Part shown: positions 9,831-20,995 of the stretch, piece by piece
How positions within the stretch are numbered: position 1 is the stretch's first letter
Layout: every line of letters starts with the position of its first letter
Source: Psychrobacter sp. HD31
Lineage (GTDB): Bacteria > Pseudomonadota > Gammaproteobacteria > Pseudomonadales > Moraxellaceae
DNA length: 32,000 nucleotides
Direction: 5' to 3'
Assembly (NCBI RefSeq): GCF_051097895.1
Contig: NZ_CP142525.1
Coordinates: 1,170,001-1,202,000 of the forward strand
The notes under the pieces: model-generated
The model's database searches: none
The model's input: only the letters and a program-made list of their open reading frames with translations
What the model was told of the DNA's origin: nothing
Program-made: the position numbers and the translations under genes

Positions 9831-9920
9831 AATTTTGCCTTTTATTGTTTTAGGATGTTTTTTATCATTCGTTTAAAAAACATAGATTGCAACCGCAATG
9901 AAATAATAGCAAATTTAGGC

Positions 9921-9958
9921 AAAAAAATAACCCAAACCTGATTATGTTTGAGTTATTT
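9921..9958 (-). terminator. Rho-independent terminator after accA
   Basis: Minus strand reads AATAACTCAAAC-ATAATCAG-GTTTGGGTTATT followed by TTTTTTTT. It is a 12-bp stem with one mismatch. Confidence 0.6.
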
Positions 9959-9977
9959 TTAATTGTTAGCGTATGAA

Positions 9978-10778
9978 TTAACTTAACGATAAACTAGAAT
10001 CAAATGATTTTAATCGTTGATATCTTTGCTCTAACATTTCATCAACCGTTAACCCTTTTAATTCATCAAGCTGTTTGGTAATCAAATCTTTTAACTTTGC
10101 CATAACAGGCTCGGCATTAATATGAGCCCCCTCGCCTTCATCAACCACGTCATTAATTAAACCCAGTTGATACAGGTTACTGGCATTAAGCTTTAATGCC
10201 TCACTCGCATCACTCGCTTTTTCTGCTGTCTTCCATAAAATGGAGGCACAGCCTTCTGGCGAGATAACCGAATAAATACTGTTTGAAAGCATATTAACAC
10301 GATCGGCAACCCCAATGGCTAATGCACCACCAGAACCACCTTCACCAATGACTGTTGCAATAACAGGGACTTTTAAGGCACTAAAAACAGCAATGCTTTC
10401 GGCAATGGCTTGCGCTTGACCTCGTTCTTCTGCCCCTACACCAGGATAAGCTCCCTGAGTATCAATAAAGGTTAAAACAGGCAAATTAAAACGTTCTGCC
10501 ATTTTCGCAAGGCGGATAGATTTACGATACCCTTCAGGGTTTGCCATACCAAAATTATGTTCAATACGCTCACGCGTACTGCGACCTCTGTGCTGACCTA
10601 TTAGCATTACTGACTCGCCATTTAAACGTGCCAAACCACCAACAATGGCTTTATCATCACCATACAGTCTATCACCGTGCAAAATATCAAACTCACTAAA
10701 TAACTGACTGGCATAATCCATAAACAATGGACGCTTTGCATGGCGTGCTAACTGGACGCTTTCCCAAACGCTACTCAT
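9978..10778 (-). CDS. accA: Acetyl-CoA carboxylase carboxyltransferase alpha subunit
   Basis: 266 aa. [50 protein letters not shown] and [15 protein letters not shown] align with E. coli AccA from about residue 50 onward. Confidence 0.95.
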   Translation of the reverse strand: MSSVWESVQLARHAKRPLFMDYASQLFSEFDILHGDRLYGDDKAIVGGLARLNGESVMLIGQHRGRSTRERIEHNFGMANPEGYRKSIRLAKMAERFNLPVLTFIDTQGAYPGVGAEERGQAQAIAESIAVFSALKVPVIATVIGEGGSGGALAIGVADRVNMLSNSIYSVISPEGCASILWKTAEKASDASEALKLNASNLYQLGLINDVVDEGEGAHINAEPVMAKLKDLITKQLDELKGLTVDEMLEQRYQRLKSFDSSLSLS

Positions 10779-10982
10779 TTTATAATCCTAATATGTTATT
10801 TTGTACAAGTGTACACTTAAATTTATGCCATGGTATCACAAATCGCTAAATGTTTCATCATGTTTCAAAAATGCTATTAAGTAACCAATAATATTGCTGA
10901 GCTAATCAACAAATGCGAACTAAATTAACATTACCGATATAAAGCACCTAGTTTTTAGCTCAACACTTAATTAATAAGCTAT

Positions 10983-12527
10983 TTAAGCAATACTAAGCGT
11001 GACACCCCATTTAGAAAATTGAGTAACTTCTTCAGACAAATCTGAGGTTAACAATAAGACATCGTCCTCTGCCCCTATAATGTTAACTTGCCAATGGGTG
11101 GCATCAATAATAGAAAGCTCTATTGGTAATTGGTTTTGGTCAGCTCGACTATGATTAATAAGCACCGCCAAACGTAAAATGAGGCACAAGTTCACTAAGG
11201 TTTCACCACCGACCATTTTTACTAGCTCATAACCGTCTGACTTTAACTTACGGCGATGGTTTTGTACAATTTGTGCCATACGCAATTGATCAACCTGTGA
11301 AAAGCCAGGTACGTCTGAGTGCTCTAGCAAATAAGCACTGTGTTTATGGTAACCACTATGACTAATAGCCAAGCCAATTTCATGCAAAAATGCCGACCTT
11401 CTTAGCAAATCTGCATCTTCTGTTTTTAAGCCTAAACGGTTTTGCACTTGTTTAAACAGCTGGTTGCTTGATTTAACCACACGTTCACCTTGTGCTTTGT
11501 CTACCGAATAGCGTTTAATTAATGCTTGCACACTTCTATCACGCACATCTTCGCTTGCAAAGCGCCCCAGCATGTCATACATCACACCTTCACGCAATGC
11601 GCCATCAGAATAGGTAATGACTTCTATGCCAAACACTTTCATAATGGAACGCACAATGGCAACACCGGCAGGGAACACGGCTTTACGATGCTCTTTTACC
11701 CCTTCTAGCTGGATGTCATTCACATCCCCTATTTTAAGTAAAAGTTTTTCTAGCTTTTTAACCCCTTCATAAGTAATACGTTCTTGATCATCAGACCAAC
11801 CTTGGGCAACTAATACATTTCTTACTGCTTTCATTGTGCCACTAGAGCCAACAACGCTAGACCAACCCGAGTTTTGATAACTACCGCTGATTGCTAAAAT
11901 TTGCTTGCGGGCAGCCGATACGGTTTTTTCAAACGCTTTTTCAGTAATTTTGCCATCTTCAAAATAAGATTTGGTATAAGACACACAGCCCATTTGTAAG
12001 CTTTCTGTTAAAATTGGCTCAAACTCTTGCCCAATAATAAACTCGGTCGAACCACCACCAATATCAACTACCAAACGTTTGTCTGTACTGGCATTGGTAT
12101 GCGATACACCCAAATAAATTAAACGGGCTTCTTCTCGCCCGGCAATTACTTCTATAGGTTTGGGTAAAATGGCATTTGCCGCTTTAATAAAATCGTTGGC
12201 ATTGGCCGCTTGGCGCAAAGCATTGGTCGCAACAATACGTAAGCGGTCTGGTAATACAGATTCTAATCGCCCCATAAAGCGTGATAAGCAGTCGATTCCA
12301 CGTTGTTGTGCTTCTTGACTCAGCATATCATTCTCATCAAGCCCAGCACCAAGCTGAACTTTTTCTGACATAGAAGCAACTTTGCGAACTTCTCCGTGGT
12401 CAAGCCGTGCAATGGCTAAATGAAAACTGTTAGAACCAATATCAATGGCTGCCATTAGTTCATTATCTGATAGGATATGATTATCAAAAGAGTCATCAAA
12501 ATTGGTCGGGAGCGGTTTATCTTTCAT
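10983..12527 (-). CDS. ppx: Exopolyphosphatase / guanosine pentaphosphate phosphohydrolase (Ppx/GppA family)
   Basis: ASKHA phosphate motifs AAIDIGSNSFHL and VVDIGGGSTEFI are present, plus a C-terminal HD-like FLHEIGLAISHSGYHKHSAYLLEHSD. I prefer the start at ATG 12527 (MKDKPLP...). The ORF-track start at 12608 is a TTG that coincides with a -35-like TTGTCA. Confidence 0.88.
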   Translation of the reverse strand: MKDKPLPTNFDDSFDNHILSDNELMAAIDIGSNSFHLAIARLDHGEVRKVASMSEKVQLGAGLDENDMLSQEAQQRGIDCLSRFMGRLESVLPDRLRIVATNALRQAANANDFIKAANAILPKPIEVIAGREEARLIYLGVSHTNASTDKRLVVDIGGGSTEFIIGQEFEPILTESLQMGCVSYTKSYFEDGKITEKAFEKTVSAARKQILAISGSYQNSGWSSVVGSSGTMKAVRNVLVAQGWSDDQERITYEGVKKLEKLLLKIGDVNDIQLEGVKEHRKAVFPAGVAIVRSIMKVFGIEVITYSDGALREGVMYDMLGRFASEDVRDRSVQALIKRYSVDKAQGERVVKSSNQLFKQVQNRLGLKTEDADLLRRSAFLHEIGLAISHSGYHKHSAYLLEHSDVPGFSQVDQLRMAQIVQNHRRKLKSDGYELVKMVGGETLVNLCLILRLAVLINHSRADQNQLPIELSIIDATHWQVNIIGAEDDVLLLTSDLSEEVTQFSKWGVTLSIA

Positions 12528-12579
12528 GCACTTATCTGCTTGTGTGTTACTAAGAAATGGATTACAAAATACACCGACC

Positions 12580-12608
12580 ATTAAAACACTTATCAGAGTG
12601 ACTGACAA
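12580..12608 (-). promoter_or_regulatory. Candidate sigma70 promoter for ppx (TTGTCA-17 nt-TTTAAT)
   Basis: On the minus strand, the -35 is at 12608..12603 and the -10 at 12585..12580. It lies immediately downstream of the terminator of the preceding gene. Confidence 0.4.
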
Positions 12609-12620
12609 GCATATAAAGGA

Positions 12621-12649
12621 GAAAAAGGTCGGTTGTGTAACCGACCTTT
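12621..12649 (-). terminator. Rho-independent terminator after the nitronate monooxygenase-like gene
   Basis: AAAGGTCGGTT-GTGT-AACCGACCTTT is a perfect 11-bp stem (12624..12649). On the minus strand it is followed by TTTTTCTCC. Confidence 0.75.
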
Positions 12650-12700
12650 AAAACCTGTTTCTTATTGTTTTAATAAATTGTTTATTGCAATCTAATTTGC

Positions 12701-13678
12701 TTAAATGTTTGCTTTTGCCTGTGCATATTCTGCTTTTAGCTCATCAACCAATCCAGCAACCGGCAATATTTTATCGATGCTACCCACACCTTGCCCTGCC
12801 GACCAAATTGTCTTCCAAGCACCATCGGTTTTATCACCATCGCTGTCTTCTTTTGCTGTTAGTTCATCACCTAAATCAATTTTTTCTGGCTTAACTAAGT
12901 TATTAGGGTCAATACCACTATTAATAATACTCGGTGTTAAAAAGTTTGCATGAATACCAGAAATATTTGGCGTGTACATAATATCTGATGTATGGCTTTC
13001 TACAACCATCTCCTTATAACCTGCTACCGCATTTGCCTCCTGAGTGGCAATAAAACGCGTCCCCATATAAGCAAAGTCTGCCCCCATGGCTTTTGCTGCG
13101 GCAACATCTGCTCCCGAAGAAATACAACCAGCCAAAATAACCATACCTTTATAAAGTTTACGTACTTCGCCAACAAAAGCAAATGGGTTTAAAGTGCCAG
13201 CATGACCACCTGCCCCAGCACACACAAGAATCAGCCCATCAACACCACCCGTTGCCGCTTTAATAGCATGGCGTGTTTGTATCACATCATGAAATACCAA
13301 TCCGCCATAACTATGCACCGCATCAATCACATCTTGATTAATGCCTAAAGAGGTAATCACGATAGGTACTTGGTGCTTAACAATGGTTTTTAGGTCTTGC
13401 TCTAGTCGTTTATTGGTTTTATGTACCACTAAATTAACTGCAAAGGGAGCCGGATTTTTACCTTGTTCACGCTCTGCATCAAGTGATGATTTTATCTCTG
13501 AAAGCCATTGGTCAAACCCTGCGTTTTCTCTTTGGTTTAAAGCAGGAAAGCTGCCTATCACCCCGGCCTTACATGTTTCTATCACCATTTTAGGGTTAGA
13601 GATTAAAAACATTGGCGAGGCAATAGCAGGCAATTCTAAGTTTTGTAATGCCGCTAAAGTAGTTGGTTTTATGCTCAT
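12701..13678 (-). CDS. NAD(P)H-dependent flavin oxidoreductase, nitronate monooxygenase (2-nitropropane dioxygenase) family
   Basis: 325 aa. The N-terminus LPAIASPMFLISNPKMV...AGVIGSFPA, LVCAGAGGHAGT and FAYMGTRFIAT are characteristic of the NMO TIM-barrel family. Confidence 0.86.
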   Translation of the reverse strand: MSIKPTTLAALQNLELPAIASPMFLISNPKMVIETCKAGVIGSFPALNQRENAGFDQWLSEIKSSLDAEREQGKNPAPFAVNLVVHKTNKRLEQDLKTIVKHQVPIVITSLGINQDVIDAVHSYGGLVFHDVIQTRHAIKAATGGVDGLILVCAGAGGHAGTLNPFAFVGEVRKLYKGMVILAGCISSGADVAAAKAMGADFAYMGTRFIATQEANAVAGYKEMVVESHTSDIMYTPNISGIHANFLTPSIINSGIDPNNLVKPEKIDLGDELTAKEDSDGDKTDGAWKTIWSAGQGVGSIDKILPVAGLVDELKAEYAQAKANI

Positions 13679-13903
13679 AAAAATGATCCTTTATTAGTTA
13701 AAATTATTACTGATGTAAAATTGATTCATACTTTAAATTAGTTGTTTATCATACACCTAAGCTATTCTTACACATTATTGTTAATAATTAAAATCATTTT
13801 CATTTTTGTAAACGCAGCAGTCATATCTAATACACTCCTTAAATATATTAATGATATGATAGTTTTCGCATTGGTCAGTATGTGCCAGCAATTCGCCAGC
13901 TAA

Positions 13904-16048
<2,145 letters not shown>

Positions 16049-16241
16049 CCATAAAACTTTGATAGTACCAAAGCCTTGTTAGTTTATTTAGTAAAAAAGA
16101 CTAAAATGGTAAAAGCTATAGTATAATTAGCAAACTGAGAGTACGGCAAAAAAATAAGTCGCATTTGTTTATACCTATTTTTAATGTTGATTTCTAAAAT
16201 TGTCTCTAACGTACTCAACAGTAAATTATGACCATACAATT

Positions 16242-16273
16242 AAGTTAAGCTTCTGTGAAGCTTAACTTTTTTT
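16242..16273 (+). terminator. Strong intrinsic terminator-type hairpin between fadH and the FadL-like gene
   Basis: AAGTTAAGCTTC-TGT-GAAGCTTAACTT is a perfect 12-bp stem followed by TTTTT. It lies 194 nt after the fadH stop and only 36 nt before the next ATG. Confidence 0.7.
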
Positions 16274-16308
16274 AACGTTTTATTCCAAAAAGGGTTTTTA
16301 TCTTTTAT

Positions 16309-17580
16309 ATGAAACTATCTCATTTATCATTGGCTATGATTGCTTCTGTTAGCATAGCAACCATATCTCACGCTGCTGGTCTTGAGCGTTCTCAACAACC
16401 AATTTTACCTTTGTTTATAGAAGGCAACTATGCCGAAGTAAACTATGCCTACGTAAATCCTGATTTAAAAGGTACCGATGCTTTAGGTAATAAAGTCCCC
16501 AACATGATGGAAGACTATGGCATGGTCGGTGCGGTTGCAAAAATAGCGCCAACAAAAAACAGTGCCGTAGCGTTGTTTTACAATGGTCCTTGGGGCGTTG
16601 ACTCAAGCTACCCTACTGGTAATATGTTTAACAACCAGTATGGCGCAACAGAAGCCCATGTTAAAACCGAGAGCATTGGTATTGTGGCTGCTGGTAAACC
16701 AACCGACCGTAACATTTGGGTTTATGGCGGTGTTGAGCATCAATCAATTTCTGGTAATGTAAAAGGGGCTACACCCGTTGGTCTAAGTAAGGTTTTAGAA
16801 AGAGCCAATGTTTCTCAAGATGCTTACCAACAATTAATAAAAGGACAAAAAGCTGGCGTGCTCAATGCCGAACAAGCTGGTCAGTTAAAAGCATTACAGA
16901 CTTCATCCTTAGCACCAACGCTTTATAATTTAGACTTTGATAAAGAAACGACCTGGGTACCTATGGTTGGTGTTGCCTTTGAAAAACCAGAAATCGCCAT
17001 GCGTACTGCTATTACCTACCGTGCCCCTGCTAAGTACAGCGTACATGGCATTGAAACCATTTCATCACCACTGGGCACTTCAGATGAAACACATAGCTTA
17101 ACCGATGTTACTTTCCCTCAGTCTGTGTCTGTTGATTTTCAGACAGGGTTAAGCCGTAAGCACCAGCTATTGGGCATGGTTAATGCCCGTTGGGTAGAAT
17201 GGTCAAAGTTTGAAGTGTCTCCACCATTAAGCACCCAATTAAGAAATGGTGAACCATTAGCTGAATATGCCGATGACCAATACTCGGTAGAAGTCGCCGT
17301 TGCGAAACAGTTTACACCTAGATTTGCTGCTGAGATTCGTGCAGCTTATGACAGTGGAACCGGTCAACCATTAAGCTTACTTGGTCCTTATAATGCGGTT
17401 ACCAGCTTGGCTATTGGTGCAGAGTACGACTTAACCGATCAGCTTACTGTTGGTGGCGGTGCACAATATCTGCATATTGAAGGGGGAGAAATACCTTCAG
17501 ATGATCCCAAGACGCCTGCTTTATCGATGGAAGATTCTGACGGTTATGCACTGGGTATGAAGGTTGGCTATCATTTTTAA
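16309..17580 (+). CDS. Outer membrane transport protein, FadL/OMPP1/TodX family
   Basis: 423 aa. The signal peptide ends ISHA-AG. VPNM, TYRAPAKYSVHG and NARWVEWSKFE parallel E. coli FadL segments (WVPNMHF, LTYRSEVKIDFKG, LAYTSWSQFQ, recalled from memory). The C-terminus GMKVGYHF has the terminal aromatic residue of a beta-barrel. Confidence 0.78.
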   Translation: MKLSHLSLAMIASVSIATISHAAGLERSQQPILPLFIEGNYAEVNYAYVNPDLKGTDALGNKVPNMMEDYGMVGAVAKIAPTKNSAVALFYNGPWGVDSSYPTGNMFNNQYGATEAHVKTESIGIVAAGKPTDRNIWVYGGVEHQSISGNVKGATPVGLSKVLERANVSQDAYQQLIKGQKAGVLNAEQAGQLKALQTSSLAPTLYNLDFDKETTWVPMVGVAFEKPEIAMRTAITYRAPAKYSVHGIETISSPLGTSDETHSLTDVTFPQSVSVDFQTGLSRKHQLLGMVNARWVEWSKFEVSPPLSTQLRNGEPLAEYADDQYSVEVAVAKQFTPRFAAEIRAAYDSGTGQPLSLLGPYNAVTSLAIGAEYDLTDQLTVGGGAQYLHIEGGEIPSDDPKTPALSMEDSDGYALGMKVGYHF

Positions 17581-17611
17581 TGTTTTTTAAATATCAAATT
17601 TATAATACATG

Positions 17612-17643
17612 AAAAGAGACCGCTCAATTGAGCGGTCTCTTTT
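17612..17643. terminator. Bidirectional intrinsic terminator
   Basis: AAAAGAGACCGCTC-AATT-GAGCGGTCTCTTTT is a perfect palindromic hairpin with A/T runs on both sides. It lies between the convergent FadL-like (+) and DUF442 (-) genes. Confidence 0.8.
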
Positions 17644-17682
17644 TATAACGATGATATATATTAGCTAATTGCTATTGGTCTG

Positions 17683-18015
17683 TTAGTCTAATAATCCAGA
17701 AACCAAAGCCGCCTGATAAATGAGTTTGGCTCTAACCCCTGTTTGACAATACATATAAACAGGGTGTTCGACTTGGTTAAAGTACTCAGCAAATTCGGTA
17801 ACCTGTGCATGACTTAACTCAGATGCCGCAAACGGAATGGCCTTAAAGGCGATACCTACCTGATGACAGCTTTTTTCAATCTCAGCATGTGTCGGCTGGT
17901 GTTTGCATTCATCATTTTTGCAAAAACATATGATGGTTTTATAGCCTTTTTGGGCAATTTGCGCGACTTGCTCATTACCAATTTGTGGTGCATTCGTGAT
18001 TTGATGTTTCTTCAT
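17683..18015 (-). CDS. DUF442/TIGR01244-family protein (phosphatase-fold, sulfurtransferase-like), divergent paralog A
   Basis: 110 aa. It shares EFAEYFNQ and the C-x-x-G-x-R loop (YCQTGVRA) with the upstream paralog. The usual INNRPDGEE segment is replaced by ICFCKNDECK. Confidence 0.78.
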   Translation of the reverse strand: MKKHQITNAPQIGNEQVAQIAQKGYKTIICFCKNDECKHQPTHAEIEKSCHQVGIAFKAIPFAASELSHAQVTEFAEYFNQVEHPVYMYCQTGVRAKLIYQAALVSGLLD

Positions 18016-18040
18016 ATTTAATACAATATAGAGCTTTATA

Positions 18041-18373
18041 TTACTCGTTAATTAATCCCATCTGCACAGCCGTTTGATAAATCACATTTGAGCGATTTCC
18101 AGAACGGCAAAACATAAATACAGGCTGTTCTGCTTGATTAAAATATTCAGCAAACTCTACCACTAACTGCTCGGTTAAATCATTACCAGAAAATAAAAAC
18201 TCGCCATACGCAAGCCCAGCTTGCTCACACGCATCCGCAATCTGTTTACTGGTTGGCTGATCTATTTCTTCACCATCTGGACGGTTATTAATCACGGTTT
18301 TAAAACCTTGTTGTACAATGCCTTCAATACGGTCAACCGTAATTTGTGGTGAAAATATTACGTCATTTGCCAT
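18041..18373 (-). CDS. DUF442/TIGR01244-family protein (phosphatase-fold, sulfurtransferase-like), canonical paralog B
   Basis: 110 aa. FKTVINNRPDGEE, EFAEYFNQ and the FCRSGNRS loop are typical of the family (family assignment recalled, not searched). Confidence 0.82.
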   Translation of the reverse strand: MANDVIFSPQITVDRIEGIVQQGFKTVINNRPDGEEIDQPTSKQIADACEQAGLAYGEFLFSGNDLTEQLVVEFAEYFNQAEQPVFMFCRSGNRSNVIYQTAVQMGLINE

Positions 18374-18542
18374 TAGTTTATTATCCTTTTAATTTGTATC
18401 TATTATGCTCGGTTCTGATTTTTATCAGCTGTTTTAACCAAGCACTTTAAAACCTAAAGTCCAAAATTATGCTAAAGTTATCTCGAGCTTGTCTTCAAAC
18501 TTATCAATGGTACGAGAGTATATCACATACTGCTTATTTCAT

Positions 18543-18574
18543 ACCGTCCTGTTTTATTACCGCCCTGCTTTATT
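18543..18574. repeat. 16-bp tandem near-repeat at the 3' end of pilW
   Basis: ACCGTCCTGTTTTATT (18543..18558) is directly followed by ACCGCCCTGCTTTATT (18559..18574), matching at 14 of 16 positions. The second copy overlaps the pilW stop codon. Confidence 0.5.
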
Positions 18575-19622
18575 AATAGATGGCTCTGGCGTTTCTTAGT
18601 AAAATAGTCGACTCTAAAACTTGTCTATTAAAATTACCCATGTCCTGCTTGGTATTGAGCATCAAATTTTGTTTATCTAACACTTTAAAACGATCTTGTG
18701 GATGAGGCAGCTGCTTTTTAAAAGCATTAACCTGATTAATTTGCGAATGCATGAGTAAGCCAAACCTTACACTCACAATTCGTTTATTCAACTCATCAAA
18801 GCCCTGTGCTTGTTCGGCATTATTGGCTGCAATATACTCAATTGTATTGACTGCATCCTCATTGGCTTGAGAGTCGTTATCCATATCACTCACGCCATAC
18901 ATCACCCGAAAATAATCAACATTGGGGATAATAACACTTCCTCTACCAGAAAAATATGATTTTACTGTTTTGCCATTGGGTTTGGTATAAACACTAATAT
19001 CAACCCATTGAGTGATGTCTTCCATACGTTTTGCTACCACTTTAAAATTGCTAGAAGCACATGCCAACGCCGTCGCATTTTTATCTTTGCGCACAAAATA
19101 ACGCTCAATAACATAATAGCCTTTAGGGATGCCCCTGCCCTGACAATCATAATGCCCACTATTTGGCATTAAATATAAAATGGTTAATTGGTCGCTTTTT
19201 TGTTGTAAAACATTACTGCTACCAACAGCCGAACGTGACAACAAACGCTTTGGAACCGCTGCATTACCCAACCTAATGCCATGCAAATTTGTGCTAACTG
19301 CATTATCAATACTGCCAAATGCTTGGTTAGGTGCTGTCATCACAATACCACCATACACGGTGTCTTGCTTGAGTATGTGACCCGAGTGCTGATGATTTGC
19401 CTTTGCGCCCATTCCTGCTTTACGTATTTGCTTTTTAACAAAGTTAATTGAAAAAACCATAGTATCTTGCAAGTCTGCATGAGCAGACTGACGTTTTACT
19501 GAGCCAGCATTATGATATAAAACTTGTAATACCGCAGCGATGATTATCAAGCCAATGCTAAGTGCAATTAACAACTCTATGTAAGTAAAACCAGTTTGAG
19601 AAGGTGTTTTATTTTTTGGCAT
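18573..19622 (-). CDS. pilW: Type IV pilus minor pilin, PilW-like
   Basis: 349 aa. The prepilin leader and methylation site are QTG/FTYIELLIALSIGLIIIAAV, with Glu at +5. Size and position after pilV fit PilW. Confidence 0.78.
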   Translation of the reverse strand: MPKNKTPSQTGFTYIELLIALSIGLIIIAAVLQVLYHNAGSVKRQSAHADLQDTMVFSINFVKKQIRKAGMGAKANHQHSGHILKQDTVYGGIVMTAPNQAFGSIDNAVSTNLHGIRLGNAAVPKRLLSRSAVGSSNVLQQKSDQLTILYLMPNSGHYDCQGRGIPKGYYVIERYFVRKDKNATALACASSNFKVVAKRMEDITQWVDISVYTKPNGKTVKSYFSGRGSVIIPNVDYFRVMYGVSDMDNDSQANEDAVNTIEYIAANNAEQAQGFDELNKRIVSVRFGLLMHSQINQVNAFKKQLPHPQDRFKVLDKQNLMLNTKQDMGNFNRQVLESTILLRNARAIY

Positions 19623-19646
19623 ATTTTTGCATGCTTATTGCTTAAA

Positions 19647-20189
19647 TTAACTGAGTTCAGCAATTAAACAAGTAGTGTTTGGATGGTACACACCTTTATG
19701 ATTGACACAAGCATTCAGCCCTTCACCTACAATCGCTAACGTATTTTGCCACGCAATAATTGCACAATACACACCCTGTCGTTGATTGGTTGGGCAAGGT
19801 ATCATTTGAATTGTTAACCCGGTCTGTTGTGTTTTTTTGGTGATAACATAGGCCTCTGCCGCCGCCAACTGCTGTGCTGTACATAAATTTGACGTACCTG
19901 AAGATGATAACTCAAACCCACAAAGCTGATTGGGTTTAGCCACACTGGCGCTAGAACGCTGATTAATTTGATTAGAAAAAACATGAATGGCTGACGGATT
20001 TGCCCTTACCGTTTGTCCAAGCTGCTGCATAATTAGATTAGCGGTCGTTCTTTTAGCGGACTCATTGGTTAATTTGATTGCTGTCATTTGTAAAGCACTA
20101 TATCCTAATACCGCAATGGCTAACAACAGCAAAGCTACCAGTACTTCTATCAGCCCAACACCATATTGGCTGGCTTTACTTAAACGCAT
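19647..20189 (-). CDS. pilV: Type IV pilus minor pilin, PilV-like
   Basis: About 180 aa. The prepilin motif is QYG/VGLIEVLVALLLLAIAVLG, with Glu at +5. I prefer the start at ATG 20189 (AGGGA 7 nt upstream). The ORF-track start at 20192 is a TTG one codon earlier. Confidence 0.78.
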   Translation of the reverse strand: MRLSKASQYGVGLIEVLVALLLLAIAVLGYSALQMTAIKLTNESAKRTTANLIMQQLGQTVRANPSAIHVFSNQINQRSSASVAKPNQLCGFELSSSGTSNLCTAQQLAAAEAYVITKKTQQTGLTIQMIPCPTNQRQGVYCAIIAWQNTLAIVGEGLNACVNHKGVYHPNTTCLIAELS

Positions 20190-20212
20190 CAAACATCCCT
20201 GTTATTTGTTTT

Positions 20213-20986
20213 TTATTTCAATCTATTGTCACCATTTATATGCCGATATGCAAGACAAAATCCCTGTAACTGTGGTGTGTGATTAGTTTTTTGAATTGGC
20301 GGAGACCAGATAGGCGATATCGTGTTCGCTAAAGCGGTCATGGTTGCACCTGTCGTAACCACATCATCAAACAACAAAATGCGTTTTCTTGGGATTTGCT
20401 TAGTAACAACAAACGCACCATTTAGGTTATTTAAGCGTTCAACTCTTGATAACCCACGTTGGCTTACGCTGTCATCAACTCGAGCCACACCTCGCCATAT
20501 CGGGATACCCCAATGTTTAGAAAGATAAGGTGCCAACACACTAACAGGATCAAACCCGCGGTGTTTTAATCGAGACTTGGTAGTTGGCATTGGCAGGATA
20601 ACCGCATTGGAAGAATGACAACCATGCGGACGTGGCAACTGGTGAATTAAATGAACCAAAATGGGTAATTGTGTCATATCCTCATGAAACTTAAAACGAC
20701 GAATGACCGAATCAATCGGATGTTGATATAAACTGGCAGGGTATATAGGTAGGTTTCCACCATTAATGACCAACTCAAAGTTTTTAGGCAACCACGCAAT
20801 GGTATTATGGCAAGCATCACAAAGCACGCCCGTATCAAAACGTGTTAGTAATTTTATAGAGGGTTTCTGCTGGCAAATTGATGCGGATTTAGGGAATGAT
20901 TTTTTACTGTAGTTAACACCACACAAATGGCAACGCTGATGAACATAACTCGCCATCAGCATGCCAAATTGGTAAGGTAAAGGCAT
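20213..20986 (-). CDS. comF: ComF-family protein (ComFC/GntX-like phosphoribosyltransferase-fold competence protein)
   Basis: 257 aa. N-terminal Cys pairs (CHLCG, CDACH) suggest a zinc finger. The C-terminal PRTase loop is RILLFDDVVTTGATM. Confidence 0.85.
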   Translation of the reverse strand: MPLPYQFGMLMASYVHQRCHLCGVNYSKKSFPKSASICQQKPSIKLLTRFDTGVLCDACHNTIAWLPKNFELVINGGNLPIYPASLYQHPIDSVIRRFKFHEDMTQLPILVHLIHQLPRPHGCHSSNAVILPMPTTKSRLKHRGFDPVSVLAPYLSKHWGIPIWRGVARVDDSVSQRGLSRVERLNNLNGAFVVTKQIPRKRILLFDDVVTTGATMTALANTISPIWSPPIQKTNHTPQLQGFCLAYRHINGDNRLK

Positions 20987-20995
20987 AAACAGGTT

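Noticed and set aside
9978-10982. accA lacking the roughly 50 N-terminal residues of E. coli AccA, considered as a possible truncation or pseudogene
   Set aside because: The upstream in-frame sequence hits a stop within 4 codons and is AT-rich non-coding DNA, with an AGGA SD before the ATG. All catalytic motifs are intact, so short AccA forms are a plausible lineage feature.
12528-12608. TTG-initiated N-terminal extension of ppx (MSVTLISVLMVGVFCNPF...)
   Set aside because: The TTG is part of a -35-like TTGTCA located right after an intrinsic terminator. The extension looks like a hydrophobic artefact, and Ppx homology starts shortly after the ATG at 12527.
13871-13900. Possible FadR-type operator upstream of fadH (TTGGTCAGTATGTGCCAGCAATTCGCCAGC)
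   Set aside because: It bears only a partial resemblance to the TGGTC-N-GACCA type palindrome. The half-sites do not form a convincing inverted repeat, so it is too weak to call.
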